Source: Clostridiales bacterium UBA7273
GTDB taxonomy: Bacteria; Bacillota; Clostridia; Oscillospirales; Oscillospiraceae
Assembly: GCA_002472405.1 (NCBI GenBank)
Contig: DKRV01000032.1
Span: forward strand, 3,983-67,982
Length of the DNA stretch: 64,000 bases
Reading direction: 5' to 3'
Under the pieces are notes generated by a model. That model was not told where the DNA came from. It searched no databases and worked only from the letters and a program-made list of their open reading frames with translations. Positions 47,429 through 55,963 of this stretch are shown here, piece after piece; the stretch's first letter is position 1; each line of letters opens with the position of its first letter. The position numbers and the translations under genes were made by a program.

Positions 47429-48102
47429 ATTGCACGCCCCGTCTTTTCGCTTATTAAGCGGCAGACCTCGTCTATGCTCTCTTCGAGCGTATTTCCGCTC
47501 GTATCGAGCAGGACCGCATCTTCAGCGGCCTTGAGCGGAGCTGCTGCGCGCTTCGTATCCTGCTCGTCGCGCTGCTCCATTTCCGCCAGTACTTCATCAA
47601 AAGGCTTTTCCATGCCCTTGGCGCACTGCTCTTCATAGCGGCGGCGTGCGCGATCCCGGACATCGGCGGTGAGGAATATCTTCAGCTCGGCATTCGGCAG
47701 GATAACGGTACCTATATCGCGGCCGTCCATGATCACGTCGTATTTTTCGGCCATGCCGCGCTGCATATCAACAAGAAACGCCCTGACCTCGGGAATGGCC
47801 GAGACTTTTGACGCAAGCATCGACACCTCCGGCAGCCTTATATCCCGTGAAACATCGTTTCCGTCAAGATACATGTGTTGCTCACCTGCATCGTTATATT
47901 TAAGCTCGATCTCAAGCGTCGGAAGCAGCGCAACTACAGCAGCGGTATCGTCGAGGCTCACGCCGTGTATTTTGGTCGCAAGGCCGATGGTTCTGTATAT
48001 GGCTCCGGTATCAACATATATAAAGCCGAATTTTTCGGCTGCTTTTCGTGATATTGTGCTCTTTCCGGCGCCGGACGGGCCGTCGATGGCTATTGAGATC
48101 AT
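47425..48102 (-). CDS. cmk: cytidylate kinase
   Basis: 225 aa with [13 protein letters not shown] and DGRDIGTV. It overlaps ispH by 4 nt (ATGA). Confidence 0.93.
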   Translation of the reverse strand: MISIAIDGPSGAGKSTISRKAAEKFGFIYVDTGAIYRTIGLATKIHGVSLDDTAAVVALLPTLEIELKYNDAGEQHMYLDGNDVSRDIRLPEVSMLASKVSAIPEVRAFLVDMQRGMAEKYDVIMDGRDIGTVILPNAELKIFLTADVRDRARRRYEEQCAKGMEKPFDEVLAEMEQRDEQDTKRAAAPLKAAEDAVLLDTSGNTLEESIDEVCRLISEKTGRAI

Positions 48103-48115
48103 AAGCTATCCATCC

Positions 48116-49345
48116 TTAAATCGAATTTGCGGCAACATATGCCGTTGACCATGCTATCTGAAGATTAAATCCGCCTGTGTAAGCGTCAATATCCATAACT
48201 TCACCTGCAAAATACAGGCCGGAGACCAGCTTTGACTCCATGGTGCGCGGATTAATCTCCTTGGTCAAAACACCGCCTGAGGTGACTATTGCCTCATCTA
48301 TCGGGCGCGGCCCACTGATTGAGATCGGGAATTCCTTAAACAGCCGCAAAAGATCATGCCGCTGCTGCCGGGTTATTGAGTTTACCTTTTCTTCGGCCGG
48401 AATACCCGACAGTTCAACAAGCACCGGGATCATAGTTTTGCCGGCAAGATCGCACAGCGAATTTGCAAAATCGCGGTTTGCGTATTTTTCAAAATCGCGC
48501 AGAAGCCGCGCGTCGAGCTTTTTTTCGTCAAGCGCAGGCTTGAGATCAATGCTCAGCCGATACTTAGCACTGCCGAAATTGCGCATATGAGAGCTTGCCG
48601 AGAGCACAAGCGGCCCCGATACTCCGAAATGCGTAAACAGCATTTCGCCAAGCTCGCGAAAAATCAGCTTATCGTTTTCATACGCCGAAAGTGTCACGTT
48701 TTTAAGCGAAAATCCCTGCATCTGCGCGCAATATTCATCGTCGCTCTCAAGCGGAACAAGCGACGGCCGGCACGGTGCTATACTGTGTCCGAGCTCCCGA
48801 GCCATTTTATAGCCTGCTCCGGTAGAGCCTGTGAGCGGATACGAAAGTCCGCCGGTGCAGATAACGGCGGCGCGGCAGGATATAACTCCGCTGTCGGTCT
48901 TTACGCCGGTGACTTCGCCGTTTTCCGTAATAATATGCTTTGCGCTTTCGCGTATGTGACGCACTCCGCTGCGCTCGAGATTGCGCGCGAGCGTTCCGGC
49001 AACGTCGTTTGCGTTGTCGGACACGGGAAACACGCGGTTGCCGCGCTCGGTTTTAAGAGGAAGCCCGAGCGACTCGAAAAACTGCATTGTTTCTCGCGGC
49101 GAGAGCCTGTTGAGCGCACTGTACAGAAACCTGCCGTCGCCGGGTATGTTGGTAAGAAAATCTTTTATGTCGCAGTTGTTGGTCACGTTGCAGCGGCCCT
49201 TGCCCGTTATGCGCAGCTTGCGCCCGAGCGTTTTGTTCGGCTCAAGCAGGATAACGTCAAGGCCGCGCTGCGCAGCTACAAGGCTGCACATCATTCCGGC
49301 GGCTCCGCCGCCGATAACAACCGCGTCCGCACTTAATTTTGTCAT
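48116..49345 (-). CDS. BaiN/RdsA (HI0933-like) NAD(P)/FAD-dependent oxidoreductase
   Basis: 409 aa with the FAD motif VVIGGGAAGMM, GRKLRITGKGRCNVTN and a C-terminal FAGEVMDIDAYTGGFNLQ. Confidence 0.8.
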   Translation of the reverse strand: MTKLSADAVVIGGGAAGMMCSLVAAQRGLDVILLEPNKTLGRKLRITGKGRCNVTNNCDIKDFLTNIPGDGRFLYSALNRLSPRETMQFFESLGLPLKTERGNRVFPVSDNANDVAGTLARNLERSGVRHIRESAKHIITENGEVTGVKTDSGVISCRAAVICTGGLSYPLTGSTGAGYKMARELGHSIAPCRPSLVPLESDDEYCAQMQGFSLKNVTLSAYENDKLIFRELGEMLFTHFGVSGPLVLSASSHMRNFGSAKYRLSIDLKPALDEKKLDARLLRDFEKYANRDFANSLCDLAGKTMIPVLVELSGIPAEEKVNSITRQQRHDLLRLFKEFPISISGPRPIDEAIVTSGGVLTKEINPRTMESKLVSGLYFAGEVMDIDAYTGGFNLQIAWSTAYVAANSI

Positions 49346-50232
49346 GTCGTACCGCCGTGTTCGGTCTGCTCATAGACCTTATTTTCGCTCCATATGGTCT
49401 CCAGACGCTCGAATGTTTTCGAGAGGTTTTCCTTGTTTTTAATTCCGACGGCAATAATGATCGCGTTTATAAGGCTCATCGGAGCCACGAGCGAATCAAG
49501 GAACGAGACCATGTCGCTTTTTGCGTGCAGGCAAACGTCGGCAATGCCGTTGAGCGGCGAGGCAGGACCGTCGGTAATTGCAGCGGTCATAGCGCCCATT
49601 TTCTTCGCAAACTCCATTGCGTCAACGGTATGGCTTGAATAGCGCGGAAAGCTTATCGCTATAAACAGATCGCCCTCGCCTATTCTTATTATCTGCTCGA
49701 ACACCTCGCTTGCCGCAGTGTCGTGGATAACGCTTACGTTGCTGCGCAGAAGATTAAGATACAGGCCCAAAAAGCTTGAGAGCGACGTCGAAGTGCGCAT
49801 GCCGACAATGTAGATATTCTTTGCCTCAATGATAGAATCGACAAACTTATTGAAGCTTTCCTGCTCTAATATCTCGAGGGTCGCCTGAAGATTCTGAATA
49901 TCGCTGCCTATTATCGAGCGCACGATATCATTATCGTCTATCATGCTTTTTGCAACCTCAATGCGCTGCACGGATGTAAGGCGGTTGCGTATCATCTCCT
50001 GCAAGGCCTTGCGCATGCTCGGATATCCGTCATAGCCAAGCTCAGCCGCAAAGCGAACGACCGTCGATTCGCTGACACCGACGATCTTGCCGAGCCTTCC
50101 GGCAGTCATGAACGCCGCCTTGTCATAGTTATTCAAAATGTATTTTGCAATGATTCTCTGTCCCTTTGAGAACTTGTTGCTGCCCTTAGAAAGAACACTC
50201 AGAAGATCATTTTCCACATTGATCATCTCCAT
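49342..50232 (-). CDS. MurR/RpiR-family transcriptional regulator (HTH + SIS)
   Basis: 296 aa with an N-terminal HTH_6 (TAGRLGKIVGVSESTVVRFAAELGYDGY) and a C-terminal SIS domain. It overlaps the flavoprotein gene by 4 nt. Confidence 0.85.
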   Translation of the reverse strand: MEMINVENDLLSVLSKGSNKFSKGQRIIAKYILNNYDKAAFMTAGRLGKIVGVSESTVVRFAAELGYDGYPSMRKALQEMIRNRLTSVQRIEVAKSMIDDNDIVRSIIGSDIQNLQATLEILEQESFNKFVDSIIEAKNIYIVGMRTSTSLSSFLGLYLNLLRSNVSVIHDTAASEVFEQIIRIGEGDLFIAISFPRYSSHTVDAMEFAKKMGAMTAAITDGPASPLNGIADVCLHAKSDMVSFLDSLVAPMSLINAIIIAVGIKNKENLSKTFERLETIWSENKVYEQTEHGGTT

Positions 50233-50249
50233 GTTAAAACATAAACCTC

Positions 50250-50278
50250 ATTTTACTTTCAAATTGCTTTAATTGCAA
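50250..50278 (-). promoter_or_regulatory. candidate sigma-A promoter for rpiR-family operon
   Basis: The minus strand reads TTGCAA-17 nt-TAAAAT, about 17 nt upstream of the ATG. TTGCAAT repeats and palindromes overlap it. Confidence 0.45.
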
Positions 50279-50363
50279 TAGCATTTTGCAATTTTTTTAG
50301 GCTAAACTTGCATATTCCGGTGTATTTGCGGCATGCAAATAAAATTTCACAGCCATTGAGGAT

Positions 50364-51074
50364 TCATTCCAGCTGCAAATCTTGCAATTCTGCCTCTGTC
50401 AGGTGTCTCCACTGCCCCGGCTTTAAGTCGCCGATCGAAAGGGTCCCCTCAGATACGCGCTTGAGCTTTGTCAGCTTGACGCCTGCGCATTCGCACATCT
50501 TCCGTATCTGGCGGTTTCTTCCCTCGTGGATGCATATTGAAAGCTGAGTGTAATCGTCAGTTTCAAATATTATGTCAACCTTAGCCGGCTCAATTTTATA
50601 GCCGTCTATTATAAGCGGACTGCGCAGAACCTTAAGCGCGGTTTCGCTGCACTTTCCGCTTATCCAGGCATGATAGGTCTTGCTTGTTTCCGACGATGGA
50701 TGCATGAGCCGGTTTGCAAAGTCGCCGTCATCAGTCATTATGAGCAAGCCCTCAGAGTACATATCGAGCCTTCCGACCGGATAAAGACGCACGCCAAGGT
50801 CTTTGACAAGCTCGCTTACGCAGCGGCGGTTTTTTTCGTCCTTAAGCGTGGTAACATAGCCGCGCGGCTTATACAGCATTATGTACGTCCGCTCCTCACA
50901 TTTTGCAAGGAGCTTTCCGTCTACGCAGATAATATCGGTATCGGGGTCTGCACTGTCTCCAAGCGCGGCAGGAATGCCGTTGACGGTGACCTTCCCCATT
51001 TTTATAAGCTCTTCGCTTTTGCGGCGCGAGGTAAGTCCGGCCGCAGATATGAGCTTTTGAAGGCGCTGCTTCAT
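50364..51074 (-). CDS. rluB: rRNA pseudouridine synthase (RluB/RsuA family)
   Basis: 236 aa with an N-terminal S4 domain and the catalytic motif GRLDMYSEGLLIMT. Confidence 0.88.
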   Translation of the reverse strand: MKQRLQKLISAAGLTSRRKSEELIKMGKVTVNGIPAALGDSADPDTDIICVDGKLLAKCEERTYIMLYKPRGYVTTLKDEKNRRCVSELVKDLGVRLYPVGRLDMYSEGLLIMTDDGDFANRLMHPSSETSKTYHAWISGKCSETALKVLRSPLIIDGYKIEPAKVDIIFETDDYTQLSICIHEGRNRQIRKMCECAGVKLTKLKRVSEGTLSIGDLKPGQWRHLTEAELQDLQLE

Positions 51075-52210
51075 TTTGCCTCTCCTTCGATATAATACGG
51101 TCTGAGCGCCGTATCAAATATTCTCAATATTCTCTCGCCCGGCGTGAGCCGCTGAGCGAGGTCTGTTTTAACGTCCTCAGTATAAACCAAATTCTCCTGC
51201 GCCGCAAGAGAGCCGTTTACAAACAGGCTTATCTTTCCAATCCGTTCCCCCTCAATTCCGCCGGCAAAAAGTATGCGCGGCGCCTCGAGCTTGATATCAA
51301 GCTCGTCATCCGAGCGCACAAGAAGCTTAATTTCGTTTTGTGGTATTGCCTCGGCCGTGCTCGCCGCAGAGGAGGCCACGTCGAGCGTTACCTTGAAGCT
51401 GTCCGGGCTGTATGACGCAATGCGGTAGTCTGAAAACGCCTTGTCCAGAAGGTACTTGTGGTCATTCCAGTCATCTGGAGCGCTGAGCGTTACGCACACA
51501 AGGCGCATGCCGTTTCGCTCGGCACAGCTTACGAGAGTTCTGCCGGCTGCCATCGTATAGCCGGTTTTTACGCCTATGCAGCCCTCGTACTCGCGCAGAA
51601 GGCGGTTGTGATTATAGTATGTCACACCCTTAATGACGGCGCAGTTTGTTGATGCAATGTCACGAAAATCGTCGTTTTCCATGCAGTATGCCGTCAGGCG
51701 CGCCATATCTCGGGCTGTTGAATAATGTCCGTCCTCATCCAAGCCGTGCGGATTGCGGAAAGACGAGTTTTCCATGCCGAGCCGGGAAGCCGTTTCGTTC
51801 ATTTTTTCAACGAACGTGCTTTCGTCGCCGCAAACGGTGCAGGCAAGAGCCTCAGCTGCGTCATTGCCGGAATTTAGCATCATTCCGTAAAGCAGTTCTC
51901 TTACCGTGTAGCTCTGCCCGGGATTTGCATACATGCTCGAGCCTTCTATGGCGCTCCATTCGGGCTTTATTACTATCTGCGCGTCAAGATCGGCGTTTTC
52001 TATGACCACGATAGCAGTCATAATCTTTGTTATGCTTGCAATTAGCATTCGCTCGTCGGCGTTTTGCTCAAAAATAACGTCGCCTGTGTCGGCGCACAGG
52101 ACAATCGCGCTGTGGGCACTAAGCTCGTGCTCCTCATCTGCAAGAGCCGATATCGGCAGCATTGCCGATATAACTGCCCCAACTATAATTGCTGAAACGA
52201 TTTTCTTCAT
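51071..52210 (-). CDS. D-alanyl-D-alanine carboxypeptidase (peptidase S11; DacB/DacF-like)
   Basis: ORF 51071..52225 has a GTG start, so the ATG at Met6 (MKKIVSAI) is preferred. It has a signal peptide and the motifs SxxK (SITK), SGN (NSGND) and KTG (VKTGYT). Confidence 0.85.
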   Translation of the reverse strand: MKKIVSAIIVGAVISAMLPISALADEEHELSAHSAIVLCADTGDVIFEQNADERMLIASITKIMTAIVVIENADLDAQIVIKPEWSAIEGSSMYANPGQSYTVRELLYGMMLNSGNDAAEALACTVCGDESTFVEKMNETASRLGMENSSFRNPHGLDEDGHYSTARDMARLTAYCMENDDFRDIASTNCAVIKGVTYYNHNRLLREYEGCIGVKTGYTMAAGRTLVSCAERNGMRLVCVTLSAPDDWNDHKYLLDKAFSDYRIASYSPDSFKVTLDVASSAASTAEAIPQNEIKLLVRSDDELDIKLEAPRILFAGGIEGERIGKISLFVNGSLAAQENLVYTEDVKTDLAQRLTPGERILRIFDTALRPYYIEGEAK

Positions 52211-52265
52211 GAAAATAAGCACCACCTTTCCGGGCAGTGCTTATTATTGACGAAAACAAACTGTT

Positions 52266-52643
52266 TTAATCGGTTTTCTTATTAGTATTTGCGATGCTCT
52301 CGATCTTATCCATAACATCGGGCACGAGGTCGATTATGCGGTCAACTCCGTTTTTGGCCGGAGGAGCGACATTTATCATACGCACGCCGTCATCCTTGAC
52401 GACAAGAAAGCCTATCGGCTCGATCTTGACAGCAGCCGCGCTGCCGCCGCCGTAGCCCTGCTTGCTGCCGCCGAGCGAGTCTCCGCCGGCGCCGCCGAAT
52501 CCAAAGCTGAGCTTTGATACGGGTATGATCGTCTGCCCGTCGGGCGTGACGATGGGCTCGCCTACTATGTTGTTTACCTCAACAAGGTTCTTGATGTTGT
52601 TCATCGTTGACTGCATCATTTCGCTCAGTTTGTTGTTTTCCAT
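52266..52643 (-). CDS. ytfJ: sporulation protein YtfJ (GerW family)
   Basis: ORF 52266..52661 trimmed to the ATG at Met7 (MENNKLSEMMQSTMNNIKNLVEVNNIVGEPIVTPDGQTIIPVSKLSFGFGGAGG), which has AAAGGGTGG upstream. Confidence 0.8.
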   Translation of the reverse strand: MENNKLSEMMQSTMNNIKNLVEVNNIVGEPIVTPDGQTIIPVSKLSFGFGGAGGDSLGGSKQGYGGGSAAAVKIEPIGFLVVKDDGVRMINVAPPAKNGVDRIIDLVPDVMDKIESIANTNKKTD

Positions 52644-53256
52644 TGCGTGCCACCCTTTCACGGATACGCTGTATCCTGTTTTTTATCAGAATTTTCAGAA
52701 ACCCAAAGCCTGCCGCAAGGCCGACCGCGATCACGCATCCAAGTCTTACGGATGCCGAGACCTCAAATTCGGCTTTGCTTTTTTCTCCGTTCATATCAAG
52801 GCCGATATATATATCTTTCCTTTTTACCTTAAATCCATTTTCAAAAAACGGTATTATAGAACCGACAAAGCCGTTTACGGCGTTATATCTAATAACCGCG
52901 TCATACGGATCCGGAGCGGATACAACTGCGTGCAGGTATATATACCCGAAATACACCCCGTTTTTAAATCGGCCGAGCGCGCGCAGCGCAACCCTTATAA
53001 GCTTCAGCCAGTCATCGAGCGCAAAGCCGAGATCGAAGTTTTTCTGTGGCTTATCCTCTGTTTCGGCATCTGCCTCGGTTTTTTCTTCGCTCTTTTCGGC
53101 TTTTTTCTTTGCCGGATACAGCCTGAGCTTATAAAACCACGCGCTTGCCGCGACTGTGAACTTACCTTCCCGGCAGGCAACGTGAACGCCGAGCGGAATG
53201 AGCATTATCGCCGCAAGAATTATTAAGATGATAATAAGCACGACCAAGCGCATCAC
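52579..53256 (-). CDS. DUF2953-like sporulation membrane protein (YtfI-like)
   Basis: 225 aa with an N-terminal TM helix (LVVLIIILIILAAIMLIPLG), a Lys/Glu-rich linker and a beta-rich body. Its position upstream of ytfJ matches Bacillus ytfI. The 3' end overlaps ytfJ by 65 nt. Confidence 0.55.
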   Translation of the reverse strand: MMRLVVLIIILIILAAIMLIPLGVHVACREGKFTVAASAWFYKLRLYPAKKKAEKSEEKTEADAETEDKPQKNFDLGFALDDWLKLIRVALRALGRFKNGVYFGYIYLHAVVSAPDPYDAVIRYNAVNGFVGSIIPFFENGFKVKRKDIYIGLDMNGEKSKAEFEVSASVRLGCVIAVGLAAGFGFLKILIKNRIQRIRERVARNGKQQTERNDAVNDEQHQEPC

Positions 53257-53265
53257 CCCGATGAA

Positions 53266-53868
53266 TTATTTAAGCTCTTCCATCCTGATCTGATTATTTC
53301 CGACCGTATTGAGCTTTTCTATTGCATCCTCCAGCTTTTTGACTCCGTCTCCCGAACTTATATCCGGAAGCTCGGGAAGATCTTCAAGCCTGCTCACACC
53401 CATAGTGCGCAGGAACGCGTCCGTTGTGCGCAAAAGCGAGGGTCTGCCCGGAACGTCAAGCTTTCCGCAGCGCTCGATAAGGCCGCGGTCAATGAGAACG
53501 CCGACGGTGTACGAGCTGTCAACTCCTCGCACCTGGTCGATATACGCCCTTGTGACTGGCTGGAAGTACGCAACTACAGCAAGGGTTTCCAGCGCCGGCT
53601 GCGAGAGCATCGGCGGCTTGCGCTGCTCGAGCGTTTTGCTTATGACCGCCGCATATTCCGGCGACGAGCACATCTGGAGCTTATTATCCAGCGTCAGTAT
53701 CCGAATGCCGCGCCTGTTGAAGCTGTATTCATCGGAAAGCTCCTTTGCTGCGGCGAGCACCTCATCCTCGCTCACCTCGAGGATAAGTGATATGCGCGCC
53801 GTCGACACAGGTTCGCCTGCTGCAAAAAGTATTGCCTCAACGGCTGACTTTATATTCTCTGTTTCCAT
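53266..53868 (-). CDS. scpB: segregation and condensation protein B
   Basis: 200 aa with AILFAAGEPVS and two winged-helix repeats (PALETLAVVAYFQPVTRAYIDQVRGV). Confidence 0.92.
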   Translation of the reverse strand: METENIKSAVEAILFAAGEPVSTARISLILEVSEDEVLAAAKELSDEYSFNRRGIRILTLDNKLQMCSSPEYAAVISKTLEQRKPPMLSQPALETLAVVAYFQPVTRAYIDQVRGVDSSYTVGVLIDRGLIERCGKLDVPGRPSLLRTTDAFLRTMGVSRLEDLPELPDISSGDGVKKLEDAIEKLNTVGNNQIRMEELK

Positions 53869-53876
53869 TACATATC

Positions 53877-54665
53877 CTACTCTACTATTCTGTCAAGAAT
53901 TTCGTTTACATTTCCTCCCGTGAACGAAAGCGTATAATCGCTCTCATCGCCGCTTAGCTCAACGCTGCCCATGCTGCACAGCTCCAAAATCGACATAAAC
54001 GTTGCAACGATCTCGGATCTGCTGCGGCAGGCCGAATAAAGTTCTGAAAGCTTTGCCTGGCCGCTCTGGAGCCGGGCTATTAGCTCGCTGCTTTTTGTGC
54101 GTATCTCATAGACTATGCGTGTTGGCGCAAGACGCCGGGCAAATTCCGGCTCGGCAGGCTTTCCGCCGCGTGTTATAACGGCATACAGAGCCTTGAAAAG
54201 ATCGGCTGGCTCGTGCCGATACTCATACTCGCGCTTTACATTCGGCAGCGGCTCGGGCAGCTTCGTGTAGTACAAAAGGCCTTTTTCCGACGCGCTTTTC
54301 AGCTCCGGAGTTATCTTCTGAACGGCGGTGTATATATCCTTGCATTTTAACTGCTCGAGCGACGTCATGAGTTCTTCAAGCTCGCTGACCTCTTCCTCAC
54401 CGGCAAGCAGGGTCTTGGTCTTGATATACAGCAGATGTGACGCCATCTGGACAAACTCGCTGGTTATCTCAAGATCCATCCGCTCCATGCGGTCAAGGTA
54501 CTCAAGATACTGATCGAGTATCTCCGCGATTTTGATATCTCGGATCTCTATTTTGTTTTTCGATAAAAGCATAAGGATCAGGCTGAGCGGACCGTCAAAG
54601 TCCTGAAGCTCGTTTTTGTCCTTGACTATGCTTTCAAGATGAAAAGTCGGATTATCCATTATCAA
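53877..54665 (-). CDS. scpA: segregation and condensation protein A (kleisin)
   Basis: 262 aa with FDGPLSLILMLLSKNKIEIRDIKIAEI, typical of the ScpA N-terminus, and a C-terminal winged helix. Confidence 0.9.
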   Translation of the reverse strand: MIMDNPTFHLESIVKDKNELQDFDGPLSLILMLLSKNKIEIRDIKIAEILDQYLEYLDRMERMDLEITSEFVQMASHLLYIKTKTLLAGEEEVSELEELMTSLEQLKCKDIYTAVQKITPELKSASEKGLLYYTKLPEPLPNVKREYEYRHEPADLFKALYAVITRGGKPAEPEFARRLAPTRIVYEIRTKSSELIARLQSGQAKLSELYSACRSRSEIVATFMSILELCSMGSVELSGDESDYTLSFTGGNVNEILDRIVE

Positions 54666-55354
54666 TAAAACAGTATGCTCGAAAGGCTAAAGCCCCATTC
54701 GGCAAACGCAAACAAAAATTTAAACACGGCCTGAGTGACCGTCTGGAGAGGCGCTCCGAGAACGTCCGATGCAATAAGCACGAGCAGTATAATCATTCCG
54801 TAGCGCTCATAGCGCATGAGTTTGTAGTAGCTCTCATCGCTCATGAGCGAAAACAGCACCTTAGAGCCGTCAAGCGGCGGTATCGGGATAATGTTGAATA
54901 TGGCAAGCGCTATGCTAAGATAAGCCGTTATGTAAACCATATCGAGCAAGCTGTCCAAAAACGAGCTGCCCGAGAGCTTGCACGGCAGAAAGATGAGGCC
55001 GTATATGAACAAAACTATGCAGCAGATGAGCACGTTTGACACGGGGCCTGCAAGAGCGGTTATTGCCATATCGCGCTTCGGATGCTTAAAATTACGCATA
55101 TCAACAGGCACCGGCTTTGCCCAGCCGAATTTGAACGCGACCATCATAACAAGGCCGAATATGTCGATATGCTTTATGGGGTTAAGCGTAAGCCTGCCCA
55201 TGTTTTTGGCCGTATTATCTCCCAGCTTGTAGGCAACAAAGCCGTGGCTCAGCTCATGCAGCGTTATGCACACAAGCGCCGGTATTATCGACATGAGTAT
55301 TTCCATCGGGACAGACCAGTCGAGATTTCGCATTACATCGCCAAAAGAATTCAT
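54662..55354 (-). CDS. site-2 protease family (peptidase M50) membrane metalloprotease
   Basis: 230 aa, polytopic, with the HExxH motif HELSHG and a second metal-ligand region (NIIPIPPLDGS). Confidence 0.8.
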   Translation of the reverse strand: MNSFGDVMRNLDWSVPMEILMSIIPALVCITLHELSHGFVAYKLGDNTAKNMGRLTLNPIKHIDIFGLVMMVAFKFGWAKPVPVDMRNFKHPKRDMAITALAGPVSNVLICCIVLFIYGLIFLPCKLSGSSFLDSLLDMVYITAYLSIALAIFNIIPIPPLDGSKVLFSLMSDESYYKLMRYERYGMIILLVLIASDVLGAPLQTVTQAVFKFLFAFAEWGFSLSSILFY

Positions 55355-55365
55355 AAGAAGCTACC

Positions 55366-55956
55366 TTAAACGTAATTGAGTATCTGTGACATAAGCGCTT
55401 CGCGTCCGCTCCCCTTCTCAGCCGAGAACAGAATAAGCGGAGTTGAATCGTCAAGGCCGAGCGTAAGCCGTATAAGTTCAAGATTAGGCTCGATCTCGCT
55501 TTTTTTAAGCTTATCGGCCTTGTTTGCGACAACGACGAGCGGACAGCCGGTGCTTTTGAACCACTCGGCCATCGTAACGTCGTCTGCCGTGGGCTTATGG
55601 CGCGAATCAACTATCATTACACCGAGGTCAATAAGTCCGTCAATGGCAAAAAACTGCTCCATGAGCTTACCCCAGCGCTCGCGCTCTGCCTTCGAGACCT
55701 TGGCATAGCCGTAGCCGGGCAGATCGACGAAGTAAACCTTTTTATCGATGAGAAAATAGTTTACATGAATGGTTTTTCCGGGCGACTGGCCGACTCGCGC
55801 AAAGTTTTTCCTATTTAAAAGTCTGTTTATGACCGAGGATTTGCCGACATTTGACTTGCCGGAAAAAACGATATTGGGAAGCGCATCGCGGATAAAGCCC
55901 GAAGGTGCCGCCGCGCTTTTAATAAACTCGGCCTTGTTTATATTAAGTTCTGCCAT
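55366..55956 (-). CDS. engB: ribosome biogenesis GTP-binding protein YsxC/EngB
   Basis: 196 aa with G1 GKSNVGKSS, G3 DLPGYG and G4 NKADK. Confidence 0.92.
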   Translation of the reverse strand: MAELNINKAEFIKSAAAPSGFIRDALPNIVFSGKSNVGKSSVINRLLNRKNFARVGQSPGKTIHVNYFLIDKKVYFVDLPGYGYAKVSKAERERWGKLMEQFFAIDGLIDLGVMIVDSRHKPTADDVTMAEWFKSTGCPLVVVANKADKLKKSEIEPNLELIRLTLGLDDSTPLILFSAEKGSGREALMSQILNYV

Positions 55957-55963
55957 GCTTCAC

